From: Candidatus Freyarchaeum deiterrae
GTDB taxonomy: Archaea > Asgardarchaeota > Jordiarchaeia > Jordiarchaeales > Jordiarchaeaceae
NCBI GenBank assembly: GCA_037305845.1
Contig: CP147778.1
Location: forward strand, 2,560,001 to 2,624,000
Length of the DNA: 64,000 bases
Reading direction: 5' to 3'
The notes under the pieces were generated by a model. It saw only the letters and a list, made by a program, of their open reading frames with translations, was not told the origin of the DNA and did no database searches. Shown piece after piece: positions 21,820 to 31,989 of this stretch (position 1 is the stretch's first letter; every line of letters begins with the position of its first letter). Made by a program: the position numbers and the translations under genes.

Positions 21820-21940
21820 CTGAATGAAGTATTGGATAGTCGGTTTCTTGTTGAACATTTTTACCCCGTCGAAACAGTAGCACACGACCTAAAAAAATAC
21901 TATGAGAGAATTGTAAAGAACCAATTCACTCTTCTATACA
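21820..21940 (+). pseudogene. truncated VapC/PIN toxin N-terminus
   Basis: NEVLDSRFLVEHFY directly after the antitoxin, then runs into the convergent gene. Confidence 0.5.
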
Positions 21941-21941
21941 T

Positions 21942-22841
21942 CTATTTTGTCATTACGGCTGAGAGGTATCCCACTATAGCGTCAGAGCTTCCCCGAATAT
22001 CATAACTGGTCGCGTACTGCAGCTTCATCCCCTTCGTAGCACCCAACTCTTTCGCAGCCACTATCGCGGTAGACACGGGTGCAGAACCACACATAGTAAG
22101 ATCCTTCGTCCGAACCAACCTAAGCAAGCCCTCAGCATCCAAGCTTTCAACCTTACCAATTATTTCCCCATCGGTATCATGAACCCATTTCACAACCTTC
22201 TCCAGCGGCTTCGTCCCAGCAGGAGCATAACCATACATCGCCCCATAGTGAGTAAGATCCGTACTAGCGATTATCACCGCATTCACGTTTTCTTCCTTGA
22301 TTGCCGCCGCCACACCCATCCCAACATCCTGACAAGTTTGCCAATCAGACATACCCAAAGATATCGGAACAATCTTCAAATCCGCATAGAGCTCCTGCAG
22401 GAAGGGAAGCTGAACCTCCAGAGAATGCTCCTCCCTCTGAGCACTAGCATCATCAAGAATTATCCCCGCATTAGTAATTATTGATTTAGCCAACGCGGAA
22501 TCCACAGGAACACTCCCCTCAGGCATAATCCAGTTCCCCTCCACCATAGTCGACGCACCCGGATAACCCATATGACTCGGACCAATCAAAACAAAAGAAT
22601 CCGGCTTACCATCATCAGCAACAGCACTATACGAGTGCGCCGCAACAGGCCCCGAATAATAATAACCCGCATGAGGACAAACACACGCAACAATCCTCCT
22701 CGGACCCTCAGGATTAACCTTCGGAAGACTCTTCGGACCAAACTCGCTAAGATAACATTCCTCAATCATTTTCTTCAAAGCTTGCTTATTACCCGGATAA
22801 AACCCAATCGCAGCAGGACTTCTGTCCCTCAACTCCATCAA
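21942..22841 (-). CDS. MEMO1 family protein (AmmeMemoRadiSam protein B)
   Basis: GFYP, PHAGYYYSG, GPSH, EHSLEVQLPFLQ, ASTDLTHYG, TMCG, VGY. Confidence 0.92.
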   Translation of the reverse strand: MMELRDRSPAAIGFYPGNKQALKKMIEECYLSEFGPKSLPKVNPEGPRRIVACVCPHAGYYYSGPVAAHSYSAVADDGKPDSFVLIGPSHMGYPGASTMVEGNWIMPEGSVPVDSALAKSIITNAGIILDDASAQREEHSLEVQLPFLQELYADLKIVPISLGMSDWQTCQDVGMGVAAAIKEENVNAVIIASTDLTHYGAMYGYAPAGTKPLEKVVKWVHDTDGEIIGKVESLDAEGLLRLVRTKDLTMCGSAPVSTAIVAAKELGATKGMKLQYATSYDIRGSSDAIVGYLSAVMTK

Positions 22842-23060
22842 ACACTCCTACAACATTTTAGAACCATTCTCGAACAGATTAACACCCTTTTTAGGCACAT
22901 TCTCTTTGATATTTCTTCCTACTGAGCACCCTAATACAGTTTTTTAACTATCCTCCTTCACCGAAGGTGTGCAAGGGTTACATATTTTTTAAATAAGCTT
23001 CGCGGGTTAGTCGCCCTTCCATCAGTATACTAAACATCATTTAGCTTTCCTCAAATGGGA

Positions 23061-23172
23061 TAAGTTGTTTTTTCTGCTGTAGGTCTCACAATGTCACCCC
23101 AACATGGGTAGATGGGAAAACATCTTAAAACCTAAAAAAGATTCCTCCAAGACCTAATAAATCTACACCACC
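23061..23172. repeat. ~110-bp dispersed repeat, copy 1 (copy 2 at 27066..27173)
   Basis: Shared ctcacaat(g/a)tcaccccaacatg...gggaaaacat..taaaacct...ccaagaccta..aatctacaccacc. Confidence 0.8.
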
Positions 23173-23229
23173 TAGCAGTGGTGAAGGAAAGTTTATTTAG
23201 CTCTCGATGAGAAGAAAGTGTGGTGAAGA

Positions 23230-23439
23230 ATGATGGATAGGGATAGTCTTATACAGAAGGTTAGATCGTTGCCTGAAGACAGTCTTAAAGAGGTCATGGA
23301 TTTCATCGAGCATCTAGAAGAGAAGAGGAAAACTGGGGAGAGGAAAAAAGAGAAGAAAGACCTCTTAGCAGACGTGATAGGGATTTGTGAAGGTCCTTCT
23401 GACTTGGCGGAAAGGCATGATAAGTATGTCTATGGCTAA
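23230..23439 (+). CDS. DUF2281-like antitoxin
   Basis: SLPEDSLKEVMDFIEHL...DLAERHDKYVYG; overlaps the PIN gene. Confidence 0.8.
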   Translation: MMDRDSLIQKVRSLPEDSLKEVMDFIEHLEEKRKTGERKKEKKDLLADVIGICEGPSDLAERHDKYVYG

Positions 23440-23863
23440 ACTAGTTTTCGTGGACACATGGGCCTGGTTGGCTCTGGCGAATCGGAGGGATTCAAACCAT
23501 AAAAGTGCTGTTAAAAAATATAAAGAAATAAAAGGAGAAGGGTGCAGAATGATTACCTCCGACTACGTGCTCGATGAGGTGATAACAGCTCTCTTCAGAA
23601 ACGTTGTTTTCGTTACTGCAGTTCGATTTATAGAGACTCTATATTCGATGATAAAAAACGACCAGTTAAAGTTAGAGAGAATCGCAGAGGAAAGATTTAG
23701 AATCGCCTGGCAGCTGAGGAAAAAACTGCAAGATAAACCAAATATTTCATTCACAGATTTGACATCTTTTGTTTTGATGCAAGAGTTGGAAATAACCAGG
23801 GTTTTCACCGGCGATGCTGATTTTGAGAAAGTGAACCTAGGATTCGAGATAGTACCAAAATAA
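23432..23863 (+). CDS. VapC/PIN toxin
   Basis: VFVDTWAW, SDYVLDE, SFTDLTS, FTGDADF. Confidence 0.9.
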   Translation: MAKLVFVDTWAWLALANRRDSNHKSAVKKYKEIKGEGCRMITSDYVLDEVITALFRNVVFVTAVRFIETLYSMIKNDQLKLERIAEERFRIAWQLRKKLQDKPNISFTDLTSFVLMQELEITRVFTGDADFEKVNLGFEIVPK

Positions 23864-24011
23864 ATATACTGCTCACAAGACCGCCTCCCAGCATGCGTGT
23901 TTTACTTAGCAAGAGCAGGTATTGTTTCAAACAATAATTATTTATAATAGTCAAACGAATAATGAACAATAACTCACGCTTAAAGCATTTTAATTTGGGA
24001 CGTGTGTTAGG

Positions 24012-25652
24012 ATGCAGCTAAAAAATACTAGTATCATACTGGTAGCCTTCGGAATAACGGCTGCTGTTTCTCTTTTCTGGAACTGGCCCTTCAAAGTCGC
24101 CGAAATAGGTGGAGGACCATCAGTACTCATGTACCTCGCCCTACTCCTGGTAGTAGGAATACCCGTAGTCCTAGTCGAACTAGCCCTCGGCTCCTGGTCC
24201 AAGACCAGCTTCCCCAAATCCCTCAAAATGATACACTCCAAACTCGAATTCTTCGGATGGTTCGCAGCCGTAAACACCTTCTGGCTACTAATAGGAATAT
24301 GCGCAATCCTCAGCTGGGCCGCAAGCTTCGCCATCTACTCACTAAGCCCACTCTACCCCCTATCCAACTGGCTCTACCCCCTAACCGGAGCCTTCGACTT
24401 CACAAACTACTTCTTCAACTACGCAGACTCCCTCTACCCACTCATCGGACTAGCAATAATATGGAGCACAATCTTCCTCATCCTAGTAAGCACCAAGTGG
24501 GGACCAAGAATCAGAAGCATCGCCATCAAAACCGTGTTCCCCACACTAACAATCGTCCTAGCAATCATACTCGCCCTAATCATATTCTTCGCGGGCGGCG
24601 TAGACCCCGGAATAAACTTCTACCTCGGCTTCAACCCCAGCGTCTTCCTAAACGGCTCATCCTGGCGCACAATCATAACCATACTCTTCTTCAACCTCGG
24701 AGCCGGACTAGGCGTCCTCAGCTTCTACACCAGCAAAAACCCCGCACAAAACAAACTAACCACACTCTCAATAATCGCACCACTACTAGGAACCGCACTA
24801 ATCTTCATAGGCGGACTGGTCTTCTTCTCCATGAGCGGCGCAAGCGGACTCACCAACACGTTCAACACCACGAACATACTCAACCCCAGCAGCCTCCTCC
24901 CAATGGGAACCCTAGGCTACCCCGCAGCACCATTCATAGGATGGCAAGCAGGCTTCGCAACCATAACACGCACCATGGGACCCACCATCGGCAAAACCCT
25001 AGCCTTCCTCTTCTACACACTCACCCTCATCGCCGGAACCCTAGGACTAACCCTCATAATAGAACCCATAAAAGAAACAATAAAAACCAAATTCAACCTA
25101 AGCCCACGAAAACTACTAGCAGCAATCGTAACAATAGGATTCCTAGCCAGCATACCCCTAACACTAACATCAACAACACCCCTAGGCTACAACCTAACAA
25201 CACTATCCAACTGGTGGGTAGAAGGCTTCGGACTAACCATAGTAATAATCGTAGAGCTAATCGCAGCAGGATGGATATGGGGAGCAGACAACACCGTAGG
25301 ATACATAAACAACAACACCCGAATCAAAATCCCAAAATGGTTCAAATGGATAATCAAAATAGTAGCACCCGCAGTCGCAATAATCGCACTAGCAGCAGCA
25401 GTATACGACACAATCAAAGGATACGTACTCAACAACTGGGGATACCTAACACCACTAATAACATCATGGCAAACACTAGCACCATGGTACACCGACCCCA
25501 ACTTCGTATTCCTACTCCTAGTTGCAGTATGGCTCGCAAGCAACCTCATCATAGCCGCCATCCTAACAAGAAGAAAACCCAAAGAAGAAGAAAAAGAAGA
25601 AAAAGGCGAACCGAAGAAAAAAGAGAAACGGAGCAAAGAAAAAAATGCTTGA
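24012..25652 (+). CDS. sodium:neurotransmitter symporter (NSS/SNF) family transporter, divergent
   Basis: Multi-TM; FWNWPF...GGG...YL.LL.VVGIP...ELALG, FEFFGW, IVELIAAGWIWG, W.IK.VAP. Confidence 0.8.
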   Translation: MQLKNTSIILVAFGITAAVSLFWNWPFKVAEIGGGPSVLMYLALLLVVGIPVVLVELALGSWSKTSFPKSLKMIHSKLEFFGWFAAVNTFWLLIGICAILSWAASFAIYSLSPLYPLSNWLYPLTGAFDFTNYFFNYADSLYPLIGLAIIWSTIFLILVSTKWGPRIRSIAIKTVFPTLTIVLAIILALIIFFAGGVDPGINFYLGFNPSVFLNGSSWRTIITILFFNLGAGLGVLSFYTSKNPAQNKLTTLSIIAPLLGTALIFIGGLVFFSMSGASGLTNTFNTTNILNPSSLLPMGTLGYPAAPFIGWQAGFATITRTMGPTIGKTLAFLFYTLTLIAGTLGLTLIIEPIKETIKTKFNLSPRKLLAAIVTIGFLASIPLTLTSTTPLGYNLTTLSNWWVEGFGLTIVIIVELIAAGWIWGADNTVGYINNNTRIKIPKWFKWIIKIVAPAVAIIALAAAVYDTIKGYVLNNWGYLTPLITSWQTLAPWYTDPNFVFLLLVAVWLASNLIIAAILTRRKPKEEEKEEKGEPKKKEKRSKEKNA

Positions 25653-25863
25653 AAGAATATACTGGGCACTAGAAAAATACGACAACCTAGGAGCCTGGAT
25701 AATAATCTGCCTATTCACAGTCATAGGAGCACTAACAGCAGCCGCACTCAGAATACTGGGATACCTCAACCCCTTCACTATAATAACCATAGTAGCAGTA
25801 GTAACAGTAATACCGGGAATAATCCTCGCAGTCAAGTACCTAGACTACATAAAAGGAAACTAG
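25645..25863 (+). CDS. small 2-TM membrane protein, translationally coupled to the transporter
   Basis: Two hydrophobic segments; start overlaps the upstream stop. Confidence 0.6.
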   Translation: MLERIYWALEKYDNLGAWIIICLFTVIGALTAAALRILGYLNPFTIITIVAVVTVIPGIILAVKYLDYIKGN

Positions 25864-25882
25864 CTCAATATCAATTCTTTTA

Positions 25883-26212
25883 TCAGCAATGTTTGAAAAA
25901 GACACCCTCTTCCTTCACATTCAGCAAAAACGGAGAGTTATAATTCTTGAAGAAATGCTCAGGCACAACTATAACCGAAATCAATTCTCCCTTTTCGAGG
26001 AGAATATCAAGAATAATATCACCCAACCTTTCTCTCACATCAGAAGGATTAAGAAAATCATCAACCACCACCAACACATCAACATCCGAATCTTTCGTAG
26101 CCTGACCCCTCACATGAGAACCATACAGTATAACCTGCTTGACCTTTCCCCCATACGTCTTAATCAGATATTCTTTAATCTGATTTACCAGTTCTTTTAC
26201 TCTTTTATCCAT
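25883..26212 (-). CDS. minimal nucleotidyltransferase (MNT antitoxin)
   Basis: ILYGSHVRG...SDVDVLVV. Confidence 0.9.
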   Translation of the reverse strand: MDKRVKELVNQIKEYLIKTYGGKVKQVILYGSHVRGQATKDSDVDVLVVVDDFLNPSDVRERLGDIILDILLEKGELISVIVVPEHFFKNYNSPFLLNVKEEGVFFKHC

Positions 26213-26515
26213 TTATATACACCCATCACAGTGAACCCCGACATCCTGCCAGCTCCAGTACGGCTTTAGGTCCCTCATTCCTCTCTAAATCGGGTCAGTT
26301 TTGTAGTCCCTCCTCTTCTTTTCTTCGTACCTAACTATTTTTTCAAGAGCCTTACGGATCTCCTTATCCTCCAGAAAAGGAGTAATATCATCCATTCGCT
26401 TAACCCCCGCTTCAGTTATTTCAAAAAAAAGATTTCGACCCCGAGCACTTGCTATTTGTACCTGTATTATATTATATCTTTAAAGTTTTACTAATACTTT
26501 CTCATCGCATCCCCT

Positions 26516-26656
26516 CTACAGAGCTTTCACACGCTTAACTATGGGCGGCCGTTTTTTGTAAAGGACACGGTAACCGCATTCAGGACATTGAATTCGATCC
26601 CGTGAAAGTTCCTCTCTTGTTATTTCTTTTCCACACTTCCCACATATATACGCCAT
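26516..26656 (-). CDS. rpo12: DNA-directed RNA polymerase subunit Rpo12 (RpoP)
   Basis: Manual translation [46 protein letters not shown] (46 aa, below the ORF-track cutoff). Confidence 0.92.
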   Translation of the reverse strand: MAYICGKCGKEITREELSRDRIQCPECGYRVLYKKRPPIVKRVKAL

Positions 26657-26850
26657 CACAATCAACTCCTATCATGATTTTTCTGGTAAAAGAAAAAAGA
26701 ATCCCCTCACGAAGAATAATGCTTTGAAATAGGGCGAAAAGTCGTTATTATAATATTTTACATCAAAACCCTAATTTTTAGCCGATTATTACTCACGCAT
26801 ACCCATTTTTCCATTCCTGAATGGTTCCCCCCAATTTACTACGATTTAAG

Positions 26851-27045
26851 TTAATAGTGGAGAACGCCCTCTATCTGTTGGTGGACTTTTTTCAAGTGTT
26901 CCACGATTCTATCTCCGTCCACTTCGCTGAACTTGAAGATTTTGTTGATTTCATATGATGCGCCCAGCGTATAGATTAGACCAATTTCCATATTAACATT
27001 CCCATACAGCTCGATTCCAGAACCCATTCCTCTCTCATCTACCAT
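26851..27045 (-). CDS. hypothetical protein or gene fragment
   Basis: 64-aa ORF in the TA tract. Confidence 0.35.
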   Translation of the reverse strand: MVDERGMGSGIELYGNVNMEIGLIYTLGASYEINKIFKFSEVDGDRIVEHLKKVHQQIEGVLHY

Positions 27046-27065
27046 ACAACAACAAAAAATAAAGT

Positions 27066-27173
27066 TAAGCTGTTTTTTGCTGGAGGCCTCACAATATCAC
27101 CCCAACATGAGTACATGGGAAAACATGTTAAAACCTCAAAAATATTCCCCCAAGACCTAAAATCTACACCACC
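27066..27173. repeat. ~110-bp dispersed repeat, copy 2
   Basis: Aligns to 23061..23172 with scattered substitutions. Confidence 0.8.
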
Positions 27174-27318
27174 ACCCGACCTAATAAATCTCCATCACCT
27201 CTACTTGTTTCTTGAAGTTGAAACCTGCTAGGAGATAAATACTGAAAAATAATAAAAAAGAAAAAAAGTTTTAGTATAGAGAATAAACAGAAGAAGAAAA
27301 GGAACTCGGTTTACTGTT

Positions 27319-27810
27319 TTAATTACGGGGACGCCCGAGCCACTTGTCTGCCTCTTTTAGTGTTTTTTCCAACTCACTTTGAGATATGGTTTGAGAGTAC
27401 TTGCTTCCGACGACACTTTCCACGATGCCCCCGAAGGATCTTTCATCGTAGGTTGCGAGCATACCTATCTTAAGCTTCATCATAACGGCAATTATCGAGG
27501 CGTCCGTTAAGCTCAACTCTCTTTCCCTGTACTTGGAGAAAATATTGACCGCTCCCTCGTACAATTCTTCGTCCACGAAGATAATCCTCACTCCCGACTT
27601 ACTCACCGAGTCTAGAAAAGCTAGGGCTGCATTAACACCTACTCTGTACCGTAGTAGCGTAGCAGTCTCAGCCACAACGAGTATCGTGGTGAAGACACCA
27701 CCCCACCTCCCCTCTAGAGCGTGAAGTATCAAGCACAGCGAGTCTGGATGATGAATATCCTTTCGATTGTAGAAAGCATAAAAGACCCCAGTATCTATGA
27801 GGATGCTCAA
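27319..27810 (-). CDS. VapC/PIN toxin
   Basis: ILIDTGVF, VVAET, LSLTDAS, ATYDE. Confidence 0.9.
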   Translation of the reverse strand: MSILIDTGVFYAFYNRKDIHHPDSLCLILHALEGRWGGVFTTILVVAETATLLRYRVGVNAALAFLDSVSKSGVRIIFVDEELYEGAVNIFSKYRERELSLTDASIIAVMMKLKIGMLATYDERSFGGIVESVVGSKYSQTISQSELEKTLKEADKWLGRPRN

Positions 27811-28049
27811 TCCTCACTCCTCCGGTACAGTAACTCGTCAACCTGTTCCGAGTCTCTCTCTCCAGCCTCACCAGAAAACCTCAGACTTTCGAAGAACACA
27901 TCAGGGTCTCCTTCCCACCTGTCCAACTCCTTTTCGGCAGTATTAATTATAATCTCCAAGAGCTTAGACATGCTCTTTATACGAAGCTTCCTTTTGAGAA
28001 TCTCTAACCTGTCGCGAACCTCAGGACTAATCCTTATTACAGAACTCAT
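27807..28049 (-). CDS. VapB-type antitoxin (RHH-like)
   Basis: Overlaps the PIN start; SVIRIS..., C-terminal DSEQVDELLY. Confidence 0.75.
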   Translation of the reverse strand: MSSVIRISPEVRDRLEILKRKLRIKSMSKLLEIIINTAEKELDRWEGDPDVFFESLRFSGEAGERDSEQVDELLYRRSED

Positions 28050-28204
28050 ATTACCACTCGCGGAAAATGTTACATGTAACATGTATACATTGTTATATAT
28101 AAATACGCTGGTTCAAAGAAACCAGAAACTGCAATCTTTTGATCAAGTCAAAATCGCCTAAAACTTATTTAGCTCACGATGAGAAGAAAGTGTGACGAAG
28201 AACG

Positions 28205-28417
28205 ATGGATAAGGATAGCCTTATACAGAAGGTTAGATCGTTGCCTGAAGACAGTCTCAGAGAAGTTATGGATTTCATAGAGCATCTAGAAGAAAAGAAG
28301 AAGAGGGAAACTGAGAAGAAGAAAAAAGAGAAGAAAGACCTCTTAGAAGACGTAATAGGAATTTGTGAAGGCCCCTCTGACTTGGCGGAAAGGCACGATA
28401 AGTATGTCTATGGCTAA
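28205..28417 (+). CDS. DUF2281-like antitoxin, duplicate of 23230..23439
   Basis: Near-identical protein; the duplication spans ~28160..28440 and includes only ~10 codons of the PIN toxin. Confidence 0.8.
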   Translation: MDKDSLIQKVRSLPEDSLREVMDFIEHLEEKKKRETEKKKKEKKDLLEDVIGICEGPSDLAERHDKYVYG

Positions 28418-28563
28418 ACTAGTTTTCGTGGATACATGGGGTTTGTTGGCTTTATTTTTAAACCATTTGTTATGGTGCTTAAGGGTTTTTAAAAAAAGAT
28501 TTATACTTAAAGTTCATAAATTAGAGTGATATTATAGAGAATTTTTGGCTAATAACGTTATGG

Positions 28564-28788
28564 ATGGTGAAAGTTTTGGATAAAGCTGACAAATCTATTG
28601 AAGCTGTGTACGAGGAGGGAGTGTTTAAACCCGTGGAGAGAATCGACCTTCCAGAAGGAATTAGAGTCAGGATAGTTGTAAAACCGAGCATTAACGCGTT
28701 AATGAAAGACTTGGAGAATGTTGAAGTAAAGGAAGATTCAGAAGAAGCCCTTAAGGAAGCGCGAGGAAGGAAAAAATACAATGAGTAA
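28564..28788 (+). CDS. AF2212-like (DUF104) antitoxin
   Basis: IEAVYEEGVFKPVERIDLPEG.RVRI. Confidence 0.85.
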   Translation: MVKVLDKADKSIEAVYEEGVFKPVERIDLPEGIRVRIVVKPSINALMKDLENVEVKEDSEEALKEARGRKKYNE

Positions 28789-29263
28789 ACGCTTTGTACT
28801 TGACACTACAGTTATTGTTAAGGGCCTCTTAAAACCTTACCAAAGACTTCCAGCCGAGATTTATGACAGGGAGCTTGAAACTCATCATAAGTGCAAGTTC
28901 ATTCTTGATAGATTCGAGAAAGAAGCCTTTGAGATTTATATTCCTCTAGTGTGTGTCGTAGAAGTTGCAGCAGTTTTCAAAAGGCTTACTGGTAAAGAAG
29001 AATTAGCACTTAGTGTATCATCGAAAATACGGGAAATTTATTTCATGGTCAGTGAGGAAAAATTTTTTGATGAAGCATGGAAAACCGCAGCCAAAACAGG
29101 TTCCTCAGGCTTTGACTCCTACTTTTTAGCATTAGCAAAAATTATGGATGCAACACTAATTACCGACGATGAAAACATGTCAGAAAAAGGGTCAATTACA
29201 AATACAAAGACAATACTCGTAAGAAAAACAAGCCTAAAGAAGTTAGAAGAACAATTAAAGTAG
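28781..29263 (+). CDS. VapC/PIN toxin
   Basis: FVLDTTV, VVEV, GFDSYFLA, LITDD. Confidence 0.88.
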   Translation: MSKRFVLDTTVIVKGLLKPYQRLPAEIYDRELETHHKCKFILDRFEKEAFEIYIPLVCVVEVAAVFKRLTGKEELALSVSSKIREIYFMVSEEKFFDEAWKTAAKTGSSGFDSYFLALAKIMDATLITDDENMSEKGSITNTKTILVRKTSLKKLEEQLK

Positions 29264-29409
29264 TAAATAGGCGACTGACAAAGAAACGTTTTAATCATAA
29301 ATCAAAAAAACACCAAAAAGTTTCAAACTAAAAAAAGCGATTTTGAATATAAAAAAGCAACTCCACACATCGTAGAGCCAAAAGGAAACTAAATAAAAAG
29401 AGAGTATCC

Positions 29410-29560
29410 CCTGTACGAAAAATATTACGAGATAACAACAGTCACAGAGAAATATTTATGCTTCGTAGTTAAGGTATTAGTCGATGACCTGTTTATTATA
29501 ACTGCGTATTTTACAGACACCGTAAAGAAAGGTGAAATACTATTATGGGAAAGGAGATAA
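29410..29560 (+). pseudogene. C-terminal remnant of a RelE/BrnT-like (DUF4258-type) toxin
   Basis: LYEKYYEITTVTEKYLCFVVKVLVDDLFIITAYFTDTVKKGE with no start codon, directly upstream of the DUF2283-like gene. Confidence 0.55.
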
Positions 29561-29823
29561 AAATCTGGTACGACAAGAAGGGAGACAACTTAGAAGTCAT
29601 ATTCGAACGAAAAGAGGGATACTTCAGAGAAACAGAAAACGAAGCAGTAATGGAAAAAGTCGACAATGAAGGAAAGACAATCGGCTTCTCCATCCTGAAC
29701 GTGAGCGTACTCAAAGACAAACCACTCTCATTAAGCCTCAAAGAACATCAACACCCCCCACAACAAAGAGAACCTAATCAACTCTACCTGCCGTCAAAAG
29801 CAGCAGTTTCATTTTGCACTTGA
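29545..29823 (+). CDS. DUF2283-like antitoxin (C-terminus probably read-through)
   Basis: IWYDKKGDNLEV.F...VMEKVDNEGKTIGFSILN. Confidence 0.75.
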   Translation: MGKEIKIWYDKKGDNLEVIFERKEGYFRETENEAVMEKVDNEGKTIGFSILNVSVLKDKPLSLSLKEHQHPPQQREPNQLYLPSKAAVSFCT

Positions 29824-30070
29824 ATTCAGCTCCCTACATTTGATGGACCCGAAGAACCTGTTCCAACACGAGATAATCATAAAAATTCAGGAAATATAAA
29901 GGCGTTATTTCAACAGATAATAGGCGCCCTTTTTGAAACCCTAGGAACGAAAACTTGAATTGGTGCAAAACAATCGGCGGAAATTAAGTAATCTTTATAT
30001 AACTATAGAGATAAAGCTTGAAAAGAGGGTTTATAAAGCGTATGTAAAGAAGTTTGAGGAGAGAGAATGA

Positions 30071-30604
30071 ATGAATGTTTCCAAAGACAGCAAGGTTTAT
30101 CTCTTCGTATTTACAGGGATGACCCCGCTGAATTCGGATCTTCAACAAGCTTTGGAGCAATGGAGTAAGGAAGCAGAAGGCAACTTATTTGTTGGAATCT
30201 GGCCCAAGTCTGATACAGATTACCAGAAAGTTGTTTCCCAATTCTCAATTGATAAAAGCCCAACGATATTGATTACAGCCAAGCCGGAACTTGCTCTTAT
30301 GGATGATCTGACAGAAGAAAACGTATGGGTCAAAATCGACAATGAAAAAATCTTGCACAATAAAAATTATATTGAACAAGCAAAAAAAATTTTAGAACAC
30401 GTCTATTATCTTTTCCTCAGTGGTAAAATTAAGGAAGCTGTAAAAAGTGTTAAAAAATCTTCTGACAAAGCAAAAGTAATAACGGCCATTTATGGTCTCA
30501 AGGATACTTTGGGCGGTACTGTGGGGAAATGGCTTAATGATCACAATTTAAAGGTGGCGTGGGGTTCATTTAAATTAGATATCGAACATAGCAAAAATGT
30601 TTAA
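30071..30604 (+). CDS. hypothetical protein (possible thioredoxin-like fold)
   Basis: 177-aa ORF; QFSIDKSPTILIT. Confidence 0.55.
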   Translation: MNVSKDSKVYLFVFTGMTPLNSDLQQALEQWSKEAEGNLFVGIWPKSDTDYQKVVSQFSIDKSPTILITAKPELALMDDLTEENVWVKIDNEKILHNKNYIEQAKKILEHVYYLFLSGKIKEAVKSVKKSSDKAKVITAIYGLKDTLGGTVGKWLNDHNLKVAWGSFKLDIEHSKNV

Positions 30605-30757
30605 CAAGAGTGTATGTCATACTTTTGGCTTTTCGTTCTTTTGCTCAATGGCATCAAGGTATTCTCTTAGCACTTTCATGCTTGTAACCTTTTTTAGAGC
30701 ATGAATTTTTTTAAAAATAAAAAAATAAGTAGATTTTGGAATTCTTGAATGGCTTAC

Positions 30758-30940
30758 TTACTGTTTCTTTCTCAAGTAGTATACTAGACCCAATGCGACG
30801 CCTACAACTGCTATAGCCGCCAAAGCGATTAGGCCTACTGGGGAGCTACCTGATCCCAGTCCAGCAAGTGCAAGGGGTAACGCTGAAGAGCCTGCTCCAG
30901 AACTCTGATTGATTACTCCTATCGCTAAGGGAGACAGAAT
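30758..30940 (-). pseudogene. orphan C-terminal membrane anchor of a surface protein
   Basis: ...LPLALAGLGSGSSPVGLIALAAIAVVGVALGLVYYLRKKQ* with an in-frame stop and no start upstream. Confidence 0.55.
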
Positions 30941-30987
30941 TGGTGAAAAGCTTAAAAATATAAGACATTAAAATAGTCAAAACGGGG

Positions 30988-31935
<948 letters not shown>

Positions 31936-31989
31936 CCCCCCCACAAATTCCCAACCAATACACAAGCAACTCCTCATTCATAGTGAAAC

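Noticed and set aside
24257-25672. 471-aa alternative-frame ORF (also 20638..21090, 60524..61015, 22572..22925)
   Set aside because: Shadow ORFs caused by T-poor strand composition over real genes; low-complexity R/N/H/T/P sequence.
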